The notes below the pieces were generated by a model, which saw only the letters and a list, made by a program, of their open reading frames with translations, was not told the DNA's origin and did no database searches. Source: the human T2T-CHM13v2.0 reference genome, Homo sapiens. Taken from it: a stretch of 64,000 nt of DNA. Positions 26,720-42,885 of this stretch are shown here, in pieces. The DNA lies in NCBI RefSeq assembly GCF_009914755.1, contig NC_060931.1; one strand, given 5' to 3'. How positions within the stretch are numbered: position 1 is the first letter of the stretch; the number at the start of each line of letters is the position of its first letter. The position numbers and the translations under genes were made by a program.

Positions 26720-29700
26720 GCAGTACATTGCAGCTTTGCAACTTTTCCTTTTTAAGTTTTTCTACTGCTACTTCTGTGATGAGGAAAGTTCTGCCTTCAG
26801 CAGTTGGGAGTAAGATATCTTCTGTAGTCAAATGTTAGTCTCAATATTTTCCCATCAGCAAAAAAGATGGCCATTTGGTTTCTACGTTCTTCTAAGGCAC
26901 CTATAGTGTTTCCTATTAAAATGTTACTTAATTAGTAAGGGGATTTTAAGTTCGGAAGTTAACTAGAACCATTTTTTTTTAAAGGTAAGTGCTTTAGCAT
27001 GGGCCATAATAGCAGGCAATCTAGCACGTTTCCTCTGTTAAAGAAGCCTTGCCCAAAGGCAACACAGGCTCTCCAAGATCCATTTTTTAGAAAGCCAGGC
27101 AAATCACAAATTTAGGAAGTGAAAGGGGGAATCATACAAGGTGGACAAGCTAAGGTTGCGTGGGTAAGCGTGGTTAGTCCCACCACTTAGTTCATCCAGT
27201 TCCATGGCTTGCAGCACCATGCCTTCAACCATGGGCAGCACGTTTAACATGGTGCCGAGATCCAAAAACCAGAAAGGGAAAACAGTCGGAGAATGCTCCC
27301 TGTCTTCTCCTCCACTCTGGGTCATACAGAAACGAAGAAGACTAAAAAAATGCTTTTATTCTCACTTCTTTTTCTAAATGGGTAATAAATTATCTTCAGT
27401 TTACACCCCTCTGAAGTGCACTCTAAAACACCAGAACTTCCTTAACCTGAGAACGTTAAAGAGAAAAGCAACTCATTTTCTTTTGCACAAGGACAGGGCA
27501 TTTTTACCAAACCTTTGCAAGTGCTGTAAGATCAACCCAGCTCTTTTAGCAATCTTATCAGACAGAGCCAGGGAAAAAGTTCCCCAAAATTAAAAAAGCA
27601 ACTTTCAGGGGAACCATCTAAAAATCCCCCTTATTTGGGGCCCTTTTAAGTTCCCTTCTCATTATAGAACCTTAGGCAAATAAAGGAAAACATAGGCTGA
27701 TTTTCCGAAGACCCTAATAGGTATATAGAAGTTTTCCAAAATTTAACTCATGTATTTCACCTCACATGGAAGGATGTTATACTGCTCCTAAACCAGACCC
27801 TAATGGCAGCTAAAAAGCAAGCAGCTGTGCAAGCAACAGAGAATTTCAGAGGTGAGCAATATATTTCCTATAATACACCAAAAGGGAAGAAAGCAAATAA
27901 GGAAAGCAAAAAAATAGTAGAAACACCATTCCCAACTGGGAGGGAAGCAGTTCCAGTAAACAACTCTGACTGAAACCCCAAAAACTCAGGAAATAAATGA
28001 AAAAAGCACTTTTTAATATGATTTTAGAAGGCCATGGAAAATGAGGGCCAAACCTCTTAATTACTCTAAACTGTCTATAATAGACCAAAAGACAGATAAG
28101 AATCCTGTAGCCTTTATGAAAAGGCTGAGAAAGACGCTAATAGAATACAACCCCTTACCCCTAATTCAATCAAGGGATGGCTCATTCTAAAAAACAAGTT
28201 TATTACACAGGCAGCTCCCAATATTAAAAGGAAACTACAAAAGCAAGCTATAGGACCAAATAGCACCTTAGAAAGTCTCCTAATGGTGACCACTTTGGTC
28301 TTTTATAATAGGGACCAGAAGGAGGCCCAAAGGAAAAAGAAAAATCTCAGGAGAAGGACAAAGGCTCTAGCAGCAGCTTTGCAGGCTTGCAAAGTCCAGG
28401 ATCCCCGAGGTGCATCTGCTAGTTGCTATCAGGGTAGCAGGCCAGGGAATTTTAAAAAGGAAGGCCCAGGCAGCAAGAAAAAGCCACCTCAACCCTGTCC
28501 AGCCTGTGGCAGAGACCACTGGAGACAGAACTGCCCCCAGAGGTGGAGGTCACTGGGTTCAGGACCAGTCTCACAGATGGTCCAGCAGGACTGATGGGTC
28601 CCAGGGCTCAAGCCCTGGCTCCAGCAGCTCAAACTGCCATTATAGCACAAGAGCCCTGAGTAATGCTGAAAATTAAAGAAGGGAAAGTAAACCTCCTTCT
28701 AAACACTAAAGCCAGTCTCTCTCTTTTCTCCTCTCTAATCCAGGCCTCCCCTCTTCCCATAGCAAGACTGTAAGGAGTGTCTCAGAAGAAACTCTAATCC
28801 AATATTTTTCTCAACCTTGGTTGCAGTTAAAAGGACCTATTATATACACATGCTTCCAAGCCACTGTCATAATAGCTCTACTAGGCAAAAAAAGCCTCCA
28901 AGTTAACCCTAGGAAATAATTTAACTGTTTACACCCCACATACTGTGGCAGAATTACTGTCCTCTAGGGAAAGCTCTTAGCTAACAGCCAGTAAAACAAG
29001 AAATACAAAAGGAGGATAAGCAGTAGTCACTCTAAATAACATCTCTTCCCAGGCACAGCGCTCAATTCGCTAAGCTAATAGCTCTTACAAGAGCACTTGA
29101 ATTAAGCAAAGGAAAGGTAGCTAACATTTATACTAACTCCAAGTATGCTTTCCTAATTTTCCATGCTCATGTTGCCATTTGAAAGGAAAGATATTCTCTT
29201 ACCACTAATGACTCTCCTATAAAATATCACCAGAAAATCAATAGGTTATTATCCTCAGTTTTTCTTCCACAAGAAATAGCAAGAATGCATTGCAGGGGAC
29301 ATCAGAAAGAAACAAGTGAGGTAGCCAAAGGAAATAAATTGGCTAATCAGGCAGCTAGGTCAAAGGCAAGGAAGCCTCAAGGCATCAACATGCTTCAAAC
29401 TGCTTCTAATCTAGGAAGGCTCCATAAAAGAAATTAAACTTCAGTATTCCCTACAGAAATAAAAGAGGCCACTTCTCAAGGGCATACTTTCCAGCCCTCA
29501 GAATTGCTATGGTCAAATAATGGCAAACTCCATTTGCCAGGCTCCAGCCAATGGAAAGTCCTTAAAATCTTTCACCAAGCTTTTCACTTGGGAAAGGATA
29601 AAACTTATCAATGTGCTCAGATATTGTTTTCAGGCAGAAAACCTCTAAATTGGTTAAGCATGTAACCTATTACTTCCAACAAAAATTGACACAACTAGCA

Positions 29701-31212
29701 GAAGCCCAACCCCAGAAAACAGAGCCACCTTTATTCGACCCAAGACATTTAGTATTAGCAAAAACTCTCATCTCTCTCTCCTTCCATAAGCCAAGCTGGA
29801 AAGGGCCCTACACTGTTCTTTCAACCCCTTTGGCAATAAAAGTTACAGAAACCAACTTCTGGATACATCACATTCAAGTCAAAGTCTAAAAAGCTAAGGG
29901 AGCAACCCCTGACAGCCCAGAGGAATGTCCTAAACATAAATGTGAAGAAACAGAAAATCTTAAGCTAAAACTCATAAAAAATAAGTAACTAAGTAAGGGC
30001 TATTCATCTTAATCCCACTCCTACCTAACCTTTCCTCTCAAAGTTCACCACCAAATATTAAAACTTCTTTTTAACTCATATTTGCAAGCAACTTTTAATT
30101 ATACATGGGATTGCATTTGTAACTTTATAAACCCACAAAGAAGATTACATCTTGGCAAGTAAAGAAATAATTTTATATGGAAATTATTTACTATGCCACT
30201 CTTGTGGAAACTGTTATCATCCCACTACTAATTGCAATAAAACTATACACTGTGTCACCCACAATGTGGAATTCTGGTTGTAAAATTCTAATTGCTGTAA
30301 TATTTTGCCTGATTATCATCCTTATAACAGGATTAATAATTGCAGGAAAGATTTACTCAAGGTTGTTTTGGTTATAGCAAAAGTAATAGGGATAAAAAGT
30401 AAGTATAAAAGTTTTACTATCACTAAGTTTAATACGACTTTTTTACTAAAGGTTGATAATACAATGCACTTTAAGCTAGGAAAAGACTGTTATTTAAAAA
30501 AGATTTTATATAAGGAAAGATTTTGTATGGTAAATACTTGTCCTAAAAAAAAAAAAACAGCAACAACAACAACTGGTTATTTGAAGGAAAGATGTTTAGA
30601 ACAAGTCAGAAAGTTTAAGTATGTTGTAGTCTGTGGAAGCTATAAAAAAATTAATAAATTGTCAAATTAATGCTAAAATTATTTTAGCCACCCAATAACA
30701 TATCTCTCCCGATCATATTGCAAGTTATAAAAATAGCCTAAGCCTAAAATTCCTCTCTAATGGCAAGTCAAGGGGGAAATATATGCTTTTCCTCAAGAAA
30801 AATGTTACTTTTATGTTAACGTTTCTGGTAATGTACAGCGACATCTAGTAAAAACAAAACGGTATTGCAATCCACTGGTGTAACAAACAGGTGTCAAACT
30901 CTACTGTCAGTTATGGTCTATAGGACCCCCACTAATGGTGGTAATCTTAATGCTTATATTCTAACTCTGTATTTTAAACTTTCTTGTAAAATTTATCTTT
31001 TTTCGCCTAAAGGTAACCAAACTCCAAACAGTGCTGCAAACAAAGCCAAACACAGACACGCTATTCTTCCAAAAACCCTTAAATCAACCTCAGGAGAAGG
31101 CCCAACTGCTGTTCCCCCACACGACACCCCTTTTCAACAGGAAGTAGCCAGAAAGAATCGTCATCCAACACCCCCTAACAGCAGTTAGGTTTACGTCTCT
31201 TTAAAGGGGGAA
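26720..31212 (+). mobile_element. ERV1 (gammaretrovirus-like, HUERS-P3/MER61/LTR25 group) internal region: broken gag, pro, RNase H, integrase C-terminus and env tail; RT and integrase core deleted
   Basis: gag start MGNKLSSVYTPLKC (27378), capsid KFITQAAP..RKLQK (about 28200), zinc knuckle CPACGRDHWRQNC, RNase H IYTNSKYAF..HAH, IN PSWKGPYTVL, polypurine tract aaagggggaa 31203-31212. Confidence 0.9.
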
Positions 31213-31820
31213 TAATACAGGAGTTATTAAGAAATAACTTTCAGGCTGATAGTAGTGGTAAAGGTTCTCTGTGAAAATTTTCCTGCAATAAAAAGCAACC
31301 GCCCGAAACATTTCTTCTCTAACAGAAAAGGCGGCTGAAGAGCCAGGCTGGAAAACTTTGATATGCAAATGCCAGTGATTAAAAACTAGGTTCATCTGAC
31401 ATGGGCAATATGGCGATTCCTACCACCTGTGCCAAGTGTCATGGCCACCTCCGGATAACACCATGTGTTCAGAACATCATGGCGACCCACATTTGCATAT
31501 TAAAGGACTAAGGTGGGAGGGCCAGGTTTTTTGCGGACTGTGTGAATGACACACCTGGTCAAACCAATCCTCTGGGCCCATGCAAATCAAACATCGCCTC
31601 CTTCAGCCTCTGATATAACTGATCATTTTTCCGCTGCTCATGCAGTCTCTTTGTTTCAAGCCTCCCCACCTCTGTCTCTGTACAAGGGAGCTGTTTTCTT
31701 CTTTCTTGCCTGTTAAACTTTTCGCTCCTTAAAACCACACCACATGTGTGCGTGTCCTTTTATCTAAATTGGCGCAAGACCAAAAACCCTGGTGTTCTTC
31801 CATTCATCAGAGCCATGTCA
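31213..31820 (+). mobile_element. 3' LTR of the ERV1 element (LTR25/MER61/LTR9 type)
   Basis: Starts right after the PPT (taatacaggagttattaagaaat, TG>TA), CCAAT 31564, ATATAA 31613, ends in CA. Confidence 0.85.
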
Positions 31821-31861
31821 TCACTATCTCTAAATCACTTTTCCATACCCATTATGTGTGA

Positions 31862-32322
<461 letters not shown>

Positions 32323-33049
32323 AGAATAAATACTTTCAAGACTGACAAACTCACTGAAATATAAATTCATAGCTCTCCCTATATTTTCCTCATTCTATCA
32401 ACACATACAATTCCAGCCAGTAACTAGCAGCTAGCATTTGCAATTCCTTCCCTCAGTTATTTTTATCAGGGTAGAAAACCTGTGCAACCTGAACTCAATC
32501 ACTCTTACTGTCATTTTAAAAAGCCTAAACCCACTAAACAGCTCACCAAGATGTCCTGGAAATTGAGTGGGGGGAAAGACAAAAGGGGGAAGAAAATTTC
32601 TGTTGGGGCAAAGGCTCACAAATTCTGAGATTAACAGGTCTTGCATTTCTTCCATAACCCTGCCTCATGAGATGGCTGCAGGGGCTCAAAGTCCAGCCAC
32701 AGAGGCTGTGCCCCAGCAGAGCCCCAGCTATGCTCTCTCTGCTGCCTTGACACTGTGTAAGACACTAAACCTTTGCACAGCTTTTGGGTATGTGTGAAAA
32801 AAGGGGGATGGAAGAGAGAGGGAATACAAAATGAAACTGAATTTCCTGCCAGCCGGAATAGTTCTCCCATGCCTGAGCTGGTAGATGAGATTCAGAGCTT
32901 CTATGTTACTATCTTGGTCTTTAGTCTTTCCGGAGCCTGGCATCCCTTGGCCTCTCTAATGAAGACCATATTAGCATGCACTTGCTTGAGTACTTTTGAA
33001 TCTCTTAAAAAAAATCTCTTCCACTTATGATATTTTACAATCAAATTTT

Positions 33050-33470
33050 CTTCAAATTTCTTTTTAATATGAAAAATTTCAAACGCACACAAAATCACAG
33101 AAAATAGTTAAAAAAAATCCATACATCCATCATCTAGCTTCAGTGATTATCAAGACTCTTGTCCTTCCCATTTTACCTAATACCCCAACTATTTTTTTTC
33201 TAGAGTACTTTAAAGCAGGCCTGAGACATTGTTATCAGTCTACTTGTACATACATCTGTAAGCATCTTTAACAGATAGGACATTTTACAAATATAGAACC
33301 CTAATGCCTTTATCACACCTAAAAAAGAAATAAAAATTCCTTAAATTAATTAAAAACCCAGCCTATATTAAAATTTCCTTTGATGGTCTTAAAACATGTC
33401 ATGTATAGCTGGTTTCTTTCAATCACAATTCAAACAAGGTCCATATACTACATTCTGCAGCCTGATTTTT
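33050..33470 (-). mobile_element. Old L1ME-like 3' fragment
   Basis: aatatgaaaaatttcaaacgcacacaaaa...catcatctagcttcag. Confidence 0.55.
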
Positions 33471-34204
33471 TCCATTGACAGTTAAGAAGGTCAGAGAAGC
33501 CACACCTACATTTAAGTCATTGTGCAGGAATGCATGAGAATAGCTTATTTGCTGAAAACATACTTTGGGAACACGGAATCTGCAAACCTGAACAGGCTCT
33601 CCAACCACAGAAAATTTAATTCCTACAGAACCAGCAAAGCAATTTTGAGCTATGTATGGCAACAGCAAAATAAACTTCATTTAAATGATTTCTTTTTAAA
33701 CCATAGATTTAGTATACTTTCTCTACCTCTAATTGTTGGCCACATGGTCTTATTTTGAAGTATTTAGGGCACCTGCTACTTGGACTGTTGGAGTTTTATA
33801 TTTATGCACACAGAACAGCCTGCTAGGGAAGTATTGATTTTTTTTTCTACAGCAGTTACAAGTCACTGTGTTTGCAAATGTGGAACAAAGAGCTCACTTT
33901 ATATTTAGTAAGAATGTTAGTTCATCTAAAAATAGAAAGAAAAACTTAACCTTGAAGAAAGATAAAAGCCAACACTGGAACATTCTAGTAAAGACTAACC
34001 TTTTTCTCTGTTCTTGCAAGTAGGGGTACAGACGGGTAAAGTTTTGGGGGAAAATATATGCCTTCCTCTGCCACGGCTCTTGATAGAACATTTTTTAGTC
34101 CTTCAACTTAGAAAATGAAAACGCTGAGGAATACCATATTTAAGAAAAGGTGTTTACTTATCACTAGTTGGCTTTTATGCTCTAAAAATACATTATTTTA
34201 CCAA

Positions 34205-35279
<1,075 letters not shown>

Positions 35280-36967
35280 TAATTATATGAGCAGGATGAT
35301 GTGTTCAGTGCTCTGTATGCACTGGAGACAGGTAGCATGACTTAAAGTTCCAGGCAAGAGCTCAAAGCCTTTCTGTCCCCAGGATCTACTGCTGTCTCAC
35401 AAGGGAAGAAGAGAAGCCCTGCCTTGTTGACCTGTGGAGGACTATTTGTTGTCTTTGGACAACAAAACCTTTTGATTTTATTTCTATGTTCCCAACCAGA
35501 CCTCATAGAACTAGGGCTGAAGCATGAACTAGCAGAGCCACGGATTCATTCCTGTAGACATAAAAATGGGTGCTCATGGCCCTGCTTGCAAAAACTCCAA
35601 GACTGAGGCGACAGCAGAAGAGAAGTTAGAACTCGCTTCCTCCAGTTGTGTGAACTACAAATGTACTAAAGGATCCAAATATTTACTAATTCAGAACAAA
35701 GGTTAAACTTTCTTAATGTAAATAATCATTATAAAAGCACATTTAATACTACAGACAAGTTGTTATGTAATTTTAGAATTATAAAATATTTCAAGCACAC
35801 ACAACTAAATGTCTGTTAGATGATTTATGGTTAAAAATAACACTGTAAACATAAGCAGTTCTAGGTCTCATAGGGTTGAAAAATTGCTCACAGGTTGCTA
35901 AGGGATATAATGATCAGATTTTAAAATCCTACAGCTTTAAGTTTAAAAGCAGACAAGTCACTGAATTACATGTGTCTTTCCCCTCCGTGTCCTCAGTGGA
36001 ATGGAAAAAAACAACATGTTTCTAGCATATGGAAGAATTTCAACACTTCAGAGGTAAACATCAATGACCAAATCTGATTTAAAAGTATTATCCAGCAAAA
36101 TGTGTATTTCTAAATTAGACCAACTAGACAGTTTCAAGTGGAAAAAAGTATATTAAGTGGCCTTGGGCATTTCCTCCCTTCATCTTATTTTCTAAAAGTT
36201 AGTGCATTTTGTATCTATTAAAAATATTGAGGATCTTGATTTATGAAATCATAAAAGCTTACTAGCTTTACTAAAACATGATGATGTTGTCTTTGTCAAG
36301 CTTTGTCATAGTTCAAACTAAATTGGACAAAATTTTAAAATATAAGATTTGAAAACTAAGATTTTAATAGGTGTGGACCATTTTTTCTTATGTCCTCCAA
36401 AATACTTGCATATATCCAGTGCTTCATAAACTTAGTCAAATTGAATTTACTGGACTGTTACATTAAAACATGGCAAATTTATAATTACCTGAATAAATTC
36501 TCTTACAGCATTCAAATTCTCAACATGACATATTTATAAGTAAACCAAATGATAACTAATGTACTTTGATATTCCTAAGTAACAAGCTGACTTAAGGCCT
36601 ATAAGGGGTATCAAAATGTCACTCTGAATACTTAATTATTCTTCTCCTCATTTTATAAAAATATATGTTGGAAGAGAGGCTTTAACATTTCTGAATTTTT
36701 TCCAATTCTAGCTATTGCACAACAGCAACAAACTTTAAAATTCACCTAATATTTGGGAAGTCTTTGCAAAGTCTAGACACAACTCTTGGGAAATAATGCA
36801 GCAACCAAGGAATGAAGTAAAAATTTACGCTGACCCTACGCTTGAACCACGTCATGCTGGGAATCTGTAAGTTGAGTATAAAGGAGGAGCCTTTTCTAAC
36901 AGCGTCTTAGGATTGTGCTAGAGCTAAGTCTTTATGGCTGTAACAACAAAGAAAGAGGATAAACTAA

Positions 36968-37130
36968 AGCAGTGCTTTTCAGTTTTTAGCTAAGTACATA
37001 AGAATCACCTGGAAAACTTGCTAAAACAGACTGCTGTGCCCCAATCCCAGAGATTGTGTTTCAGTAGGTCTAAGGTGGAGTGAGAGATTTTGCATTTCTT
37101 ACAAGCTTCCAAGGATGCTGATGCTACAGT
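36968..37130. mobile_element. MER5A-like hAT MITE
   Basis: agaatcacctggaaaacttgctaaaacagactgctg...tttgcatttcttacaagcttcc. Confidence 0.75.
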
Positions 37131-37767
37131 ATAACAAAATACTGCATTATAGGTATTGATATGCTCCAGAAATTTTCCATATTCTCTAGATCTCTGAGAA
37201 AAACAGAGAAGCAATTTAACATAAAAACCAGAGAGGCAGAAATAGTTTCATTTTAGAAGAAAGACAAAATACAGGATAAAAGTTTATGAAGTATACAGTG
37301 ACATGTTTAGGGAGATTACATGTGACAGCTTTATTTAGCAGCCCAAGGGTCATGGGCCTAAATGCATAGCTATTATGGTTTGGATACAGGTTTATGTGGA
37401 AATAACCATAGATGGCAATGCTGAGATGTATCTAGAACAGAAACTGGTCATTCTTTTTTAACATTCTTGTAACCGAACAGAATCTGTCCTGCTCTCATAA
37501 TTTGAGCCCAGAAAAGAGCTTACACAACCACAAGTGCATTCAAACAGATTCAATGCAGCATTCTTTCAAAAACATCTTGCTAAATTAATGTCGAATGCAA
37601 TATGGACACTACAAGGGCCTTGATCTTCTTTAGGAAAAACAAGGACACAAAGAATCAATGAAACCTGAAAACACTGAAGACTAAGAAGAGCAGTCTCCAA
37701 ATAAGAAAACTATTTTTGAGCTGCAACTAAAGACAGACCATGATATCTTCTGGCTGGCCTTACATAG

Positions 37768-38097
<330 letters not shown>

Positions 38098-39142
38098 TCA
38101 TTATTTTTTTTTATTTTTTATTTTTTCTGAAATCACCAGCAAGCATTGAACACTGGGCTTAATTATATATACCAAGGCTCCCTCAAGTTGTTATGTATAT
38201 TTGAGGAATATACATACCCTATTAAAAAAAAATCACCCTGTAATGATCCTGGTCAAAAATCAGTCTGTTAACATGAGTGGAAGTAAAACAATAATGGTTC
38301 TATTTTCATTCACAGAAAATAAATCCTTCCAATCTCCAAGTTGTACTTGGATAAGCCCAAGAGAAAAGATATTTTCAGGTCATTACGTATTCAACTCAAA
38401 TAGGTCAATCATTTTAATAAATCAAAGAGGAGCATTAAGATGCAGTAATAGTAAATGAATACTAAAAACCTGCATAGTTAACATACCAAATGAAATAACT
38501 TATAAATCTCTAGAAAGGGACCCTATGCCAATGAATTTTAAAACAATTTGTTTTCCAAATATTACTGTTTTCTATGCAACCAGATCTGTACCATCAATTT
38601 TCTGGAATAATATACTCTATCTGCTATAGCAGATTAACAAAATTGGATCCAACAGTTTCTTAGCAACTGCAGATGCTTTTAAAATCCTTTGGCTATACTC
38701 TTTATGATATAGGACAATGGTCTCAAGTTTTTAAGAGTAGTGACGTTCAAGTCAATGTTTCATGAAGTTTAACCTAAATTTATTATGATTCATAGCTTCA
38801 ACTCAGAGTTCTAGAAATTTTGAGTTGTTACAGTTCCAAATTCTGAAAGGTTGCCTCATCGCTGGAAATATGTGTAATGTTGGAGCAATGCTAGATTATA
38901 AAATTTATCGTTAATTAATAATGAAACACACAAAGGTAAGGTGACTTTTCTTAGAGACCAATTTAAAGAATTTGTTGTAACCTCATTCAATGCCAAAGTG
39001 TCAATTACTTTCTATAGATGTTTATTGATTTAGACATTTGGTTTCACATGGTGTCACTGGTAAATTGCCTTTCTTCATTTGTACACTTCAAGGTACAGCG
39101 AGGAGCTGTATAGTAGATGTGGCTTCTCTTTTCCTCACTTAC

Positions 39143-39201
39143 CTAGGTTTTGCCACATGCTGAAAATTTCACAACCCATTGTTACCCGCATGTCACCATA
39201 C
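39143..39201 (-). CDS. DOCK4: DOCK4 coding exon, 59 nt, phase 2>1: (K)YGDMRVTMGCEIFSMWQNL(G)
   Basis: Acceptor tgttctatttcag|GTA, donor TAG|gtaagt; YGDMR motif of DOCK-A/B proteins. Confidence 0.96.
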
Positions 39202-39622
39202 CTGAAATAGAACAAAAAACCAAACCTGATACAATGCCTCCAGAACAAGGAAGTATTTGTGTGTCTTTAGGATACAATCTATCATTCTGAATTACAAGGC
39301 AAGGAGTTTTTAATTAAAGACATTTAATATACATGTCACGATGCCTCTAAGTCAAATTCTGGTGTAAACCTTTTAGTAAAAGAGATCTGTTTCATAATTT
39401 TTTGCATCTATAGAAATTTTGAATCCTGAAAGAGCCAGGTCAAAACAATGTGCAAACATGTTTGAAATATCAAAACATCCAGAAAAGACTGCTTCTTGAC
39501 CCCTTGGTCACTGGTTCTTCACTGTGTGATTTCCAGTTATGCGCATTCTGATTTATGAATCATTTGAACTAAATACTCTTTAAGAGGCAACATTTCTCAC
39601 CTGATTATACACTGATACTTAC

Positions 39623-39723
39623 TTTTCTAACACCTTTTTCTTCTTGGAAGGTGTGAACATCTCCAACTGCAGACACAACTGGTTTATAAAAATGACTGCG
39701 AGGTAAAAGTAGGAATCCCAGAT
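39623..39723 (-). CDS. DOCK4: DOCK4 coding exon, 101 nt, phase 0>2: IWDSYFYLAVIFINQLCLQLEMFTPSKKKKVLE(K)
   Basis: Acceptor tcttgttcttgttttag|ATC, donor AAA|gtaagt. Confidence 0.96.
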
Positions 39724-40494
39724 CTAAAACAAGAACAAGATATATCAATACTATGGTGTTACAAGCATATTGACAGGTGAAGTGACATAGTATTTTGGAT
39801 TTGCTTCAAAAGTGGTTGAGGGTATAGTTGAAGTAAGACTGACCATGAGTTGATAATAGTTGAAGCTGGATATGGGTACCTCATGGGGGTTCATTATACT
39901 ATTCTCTCTACTTGTACATATGCTTAAAATTTTCTAAAGTGAAGAAGTAACTAAATAAATAAGTACTATTATTATCTAGGTGTATATTGCTCCAAAGCTG
40001 TATTCCAGGTTTCACGAGCTTTTTGGTATATGCTAAAAGACAGATGCGTGGTTTCTCTTGTAATATGTCTGAGTATCTCCAAGAGGATGAGGTATAAGAT
40101 GGATTTCTTTATTCCTGTGTGAGTTCATTTTTGGAACTCCTTTTAACGTAGAACTTGTAAAAAATGCATACACTTCTTCAGATATGCTAATTGCTTTAAA
40201 TTCAGACATTATATAAAAATTCCCTGCCCAGGCAAATCTTTTAAGTTTTCTTATACCAAAAAACAGAATCAGAAAGAGATCTGAATAAAGTTCCCTGAAA
40301 TAAACTTAGCAAAAAAAAAAAAAGGACATAATGGAAGGAACACACTTCTCCACTGACACCATGTAAAATTAAAGACATAACAAACCAGGAGACATATGAC
40401 ACAGAATCAGTATCTGTTATACGTAAATAGCTCTTACAAATAAAAAAGAATATAATAAAACCCTAAGTAAAATAATGAATAAAAGTCAAGAACA

Positions 40495-40849
<355 letters not shown>

Positions 40850-41037
40850 CTAGTCAATAAGTAATAATTAGTGAGAAATGTAAATTAAAGCAAACAGGAT
40901 TTTTCTCTTTATCTGTCAGAAAAAAAATCTCTTCTAATGTTGGTGTAGCTGCAGGAAAAGAAGCAATCAAATGTAATTGGTACAACCTTTCACTCAACAA
41001 TTCCACTAATAAATATTTATCCAAAGAAATAATTAAG

Positions 41038-41404
<367 letters not shown>

Positions 41405-42196
41405 TTACAAGAATGTACATAAAATGAGTAATTTATAAGAATGAAATATGAAATTTTGATATACTATAAGCTATGACATAGACAAATATTATGTAACTAT
41501 TAAAATTCCTTTTTTATTGTATTTGTCCTTTTTTGTATTTTCTTATTATCCAATAAGGAAATTTTATAAAAGTGTTTAATATGAAATATGTTATTCAAAA
41601 CAGAGTAAGAAGAAAGATGCCCAAAACAAAGAACCACCATTGAGGAAGAAAGCCAAGATAGGCACTGCTCATCTTTGTTTGCTATTTATCACTTGCTATT
41701 TGAAAAATAGTATATCAAGAATTTGTAGGCACCCAGGCATATCACATTATATCATAGATATACAGAGGGTTCTGCCTTAAAGAACCTTACCAATGTTTCA
41801 TTTTTTTCTTTTCATTAATTCATTCTAAAAAATGGGAAGACAAAGAAATAAGAAACTAAAGGGTTTACTTTGTAAACGTTTTCTTCATATAAACTCCATT
41901 TCTAAAAAGTAAAAAACACTATGTTCTGAGTCTCCTTTGTCATAAACAGGGATCATACAGAAAAGAGCAAGAATTAAAATGTATAGTAACAATAAAAAAC
42001 TATCTCCTTTTAAGCGCTATGATCTCCTTTTAAGCGCTATGTGAACAGTCTTCATCTGTTCACAAATATAATGAAAACTGTTCTAATATTCCTCATAGTT
42101 AAAACTAATACGGCCCAAGAAAATGTTAGGTAATTTCCTATAATACAATGTGATTCTTTTAGCCCAAGCAGGAGAGTCATATAAATGAATGCTTAC

Positions 42197-42272
42197 CTTA
42201 TAATCAAAGTTTTCATTTAAGAAGTTCTTACGAAGTGCATCTGAGAGGTATAGAACTGTTGTAATAATAACA
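42197..42272 (-). CDS. DOCK4: DOCK4 coding exon, 76 nt, phase 2>0: (N)VIITTVLYLSDALRKNFLNENFDYK
   Basis: Acceptor ttttatcactag|TGT, donor AAG|gtaagc; frame continues from previous exon. Confidence 0.96.
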
Positions 42273-42548
42273 CTAGTGATAAAAAAAATGACAAGGTGAA
42301 AACTTCATATTAGTGAAAATCATTTAGTATACAAGAATAAAAACCTACTAAGATAAAATAAAACCTTCTTCAGTAAGCATCTGGAGCAATATTAAATAAT
42401 TCATATTTGAAACAAAAAAGAGACAACAGGTCAATAAAAGGGGAAGAAATCTATCACTGAAGTCAGGACCTTTGTAAACTGATACACGAAAGATCTATGA
42501 ATTCATATGGCTCAGACAGAAATATATTATCACCTTGATGTTTTGTAA

Positions 42549-42885
<337 letters not shown>

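Noticed and set aside
28283-29889. ERV gag and integrase ORFs as functional genes
   Set aside because: Short fragments between stops and frameshifts with mutated catalytic residues
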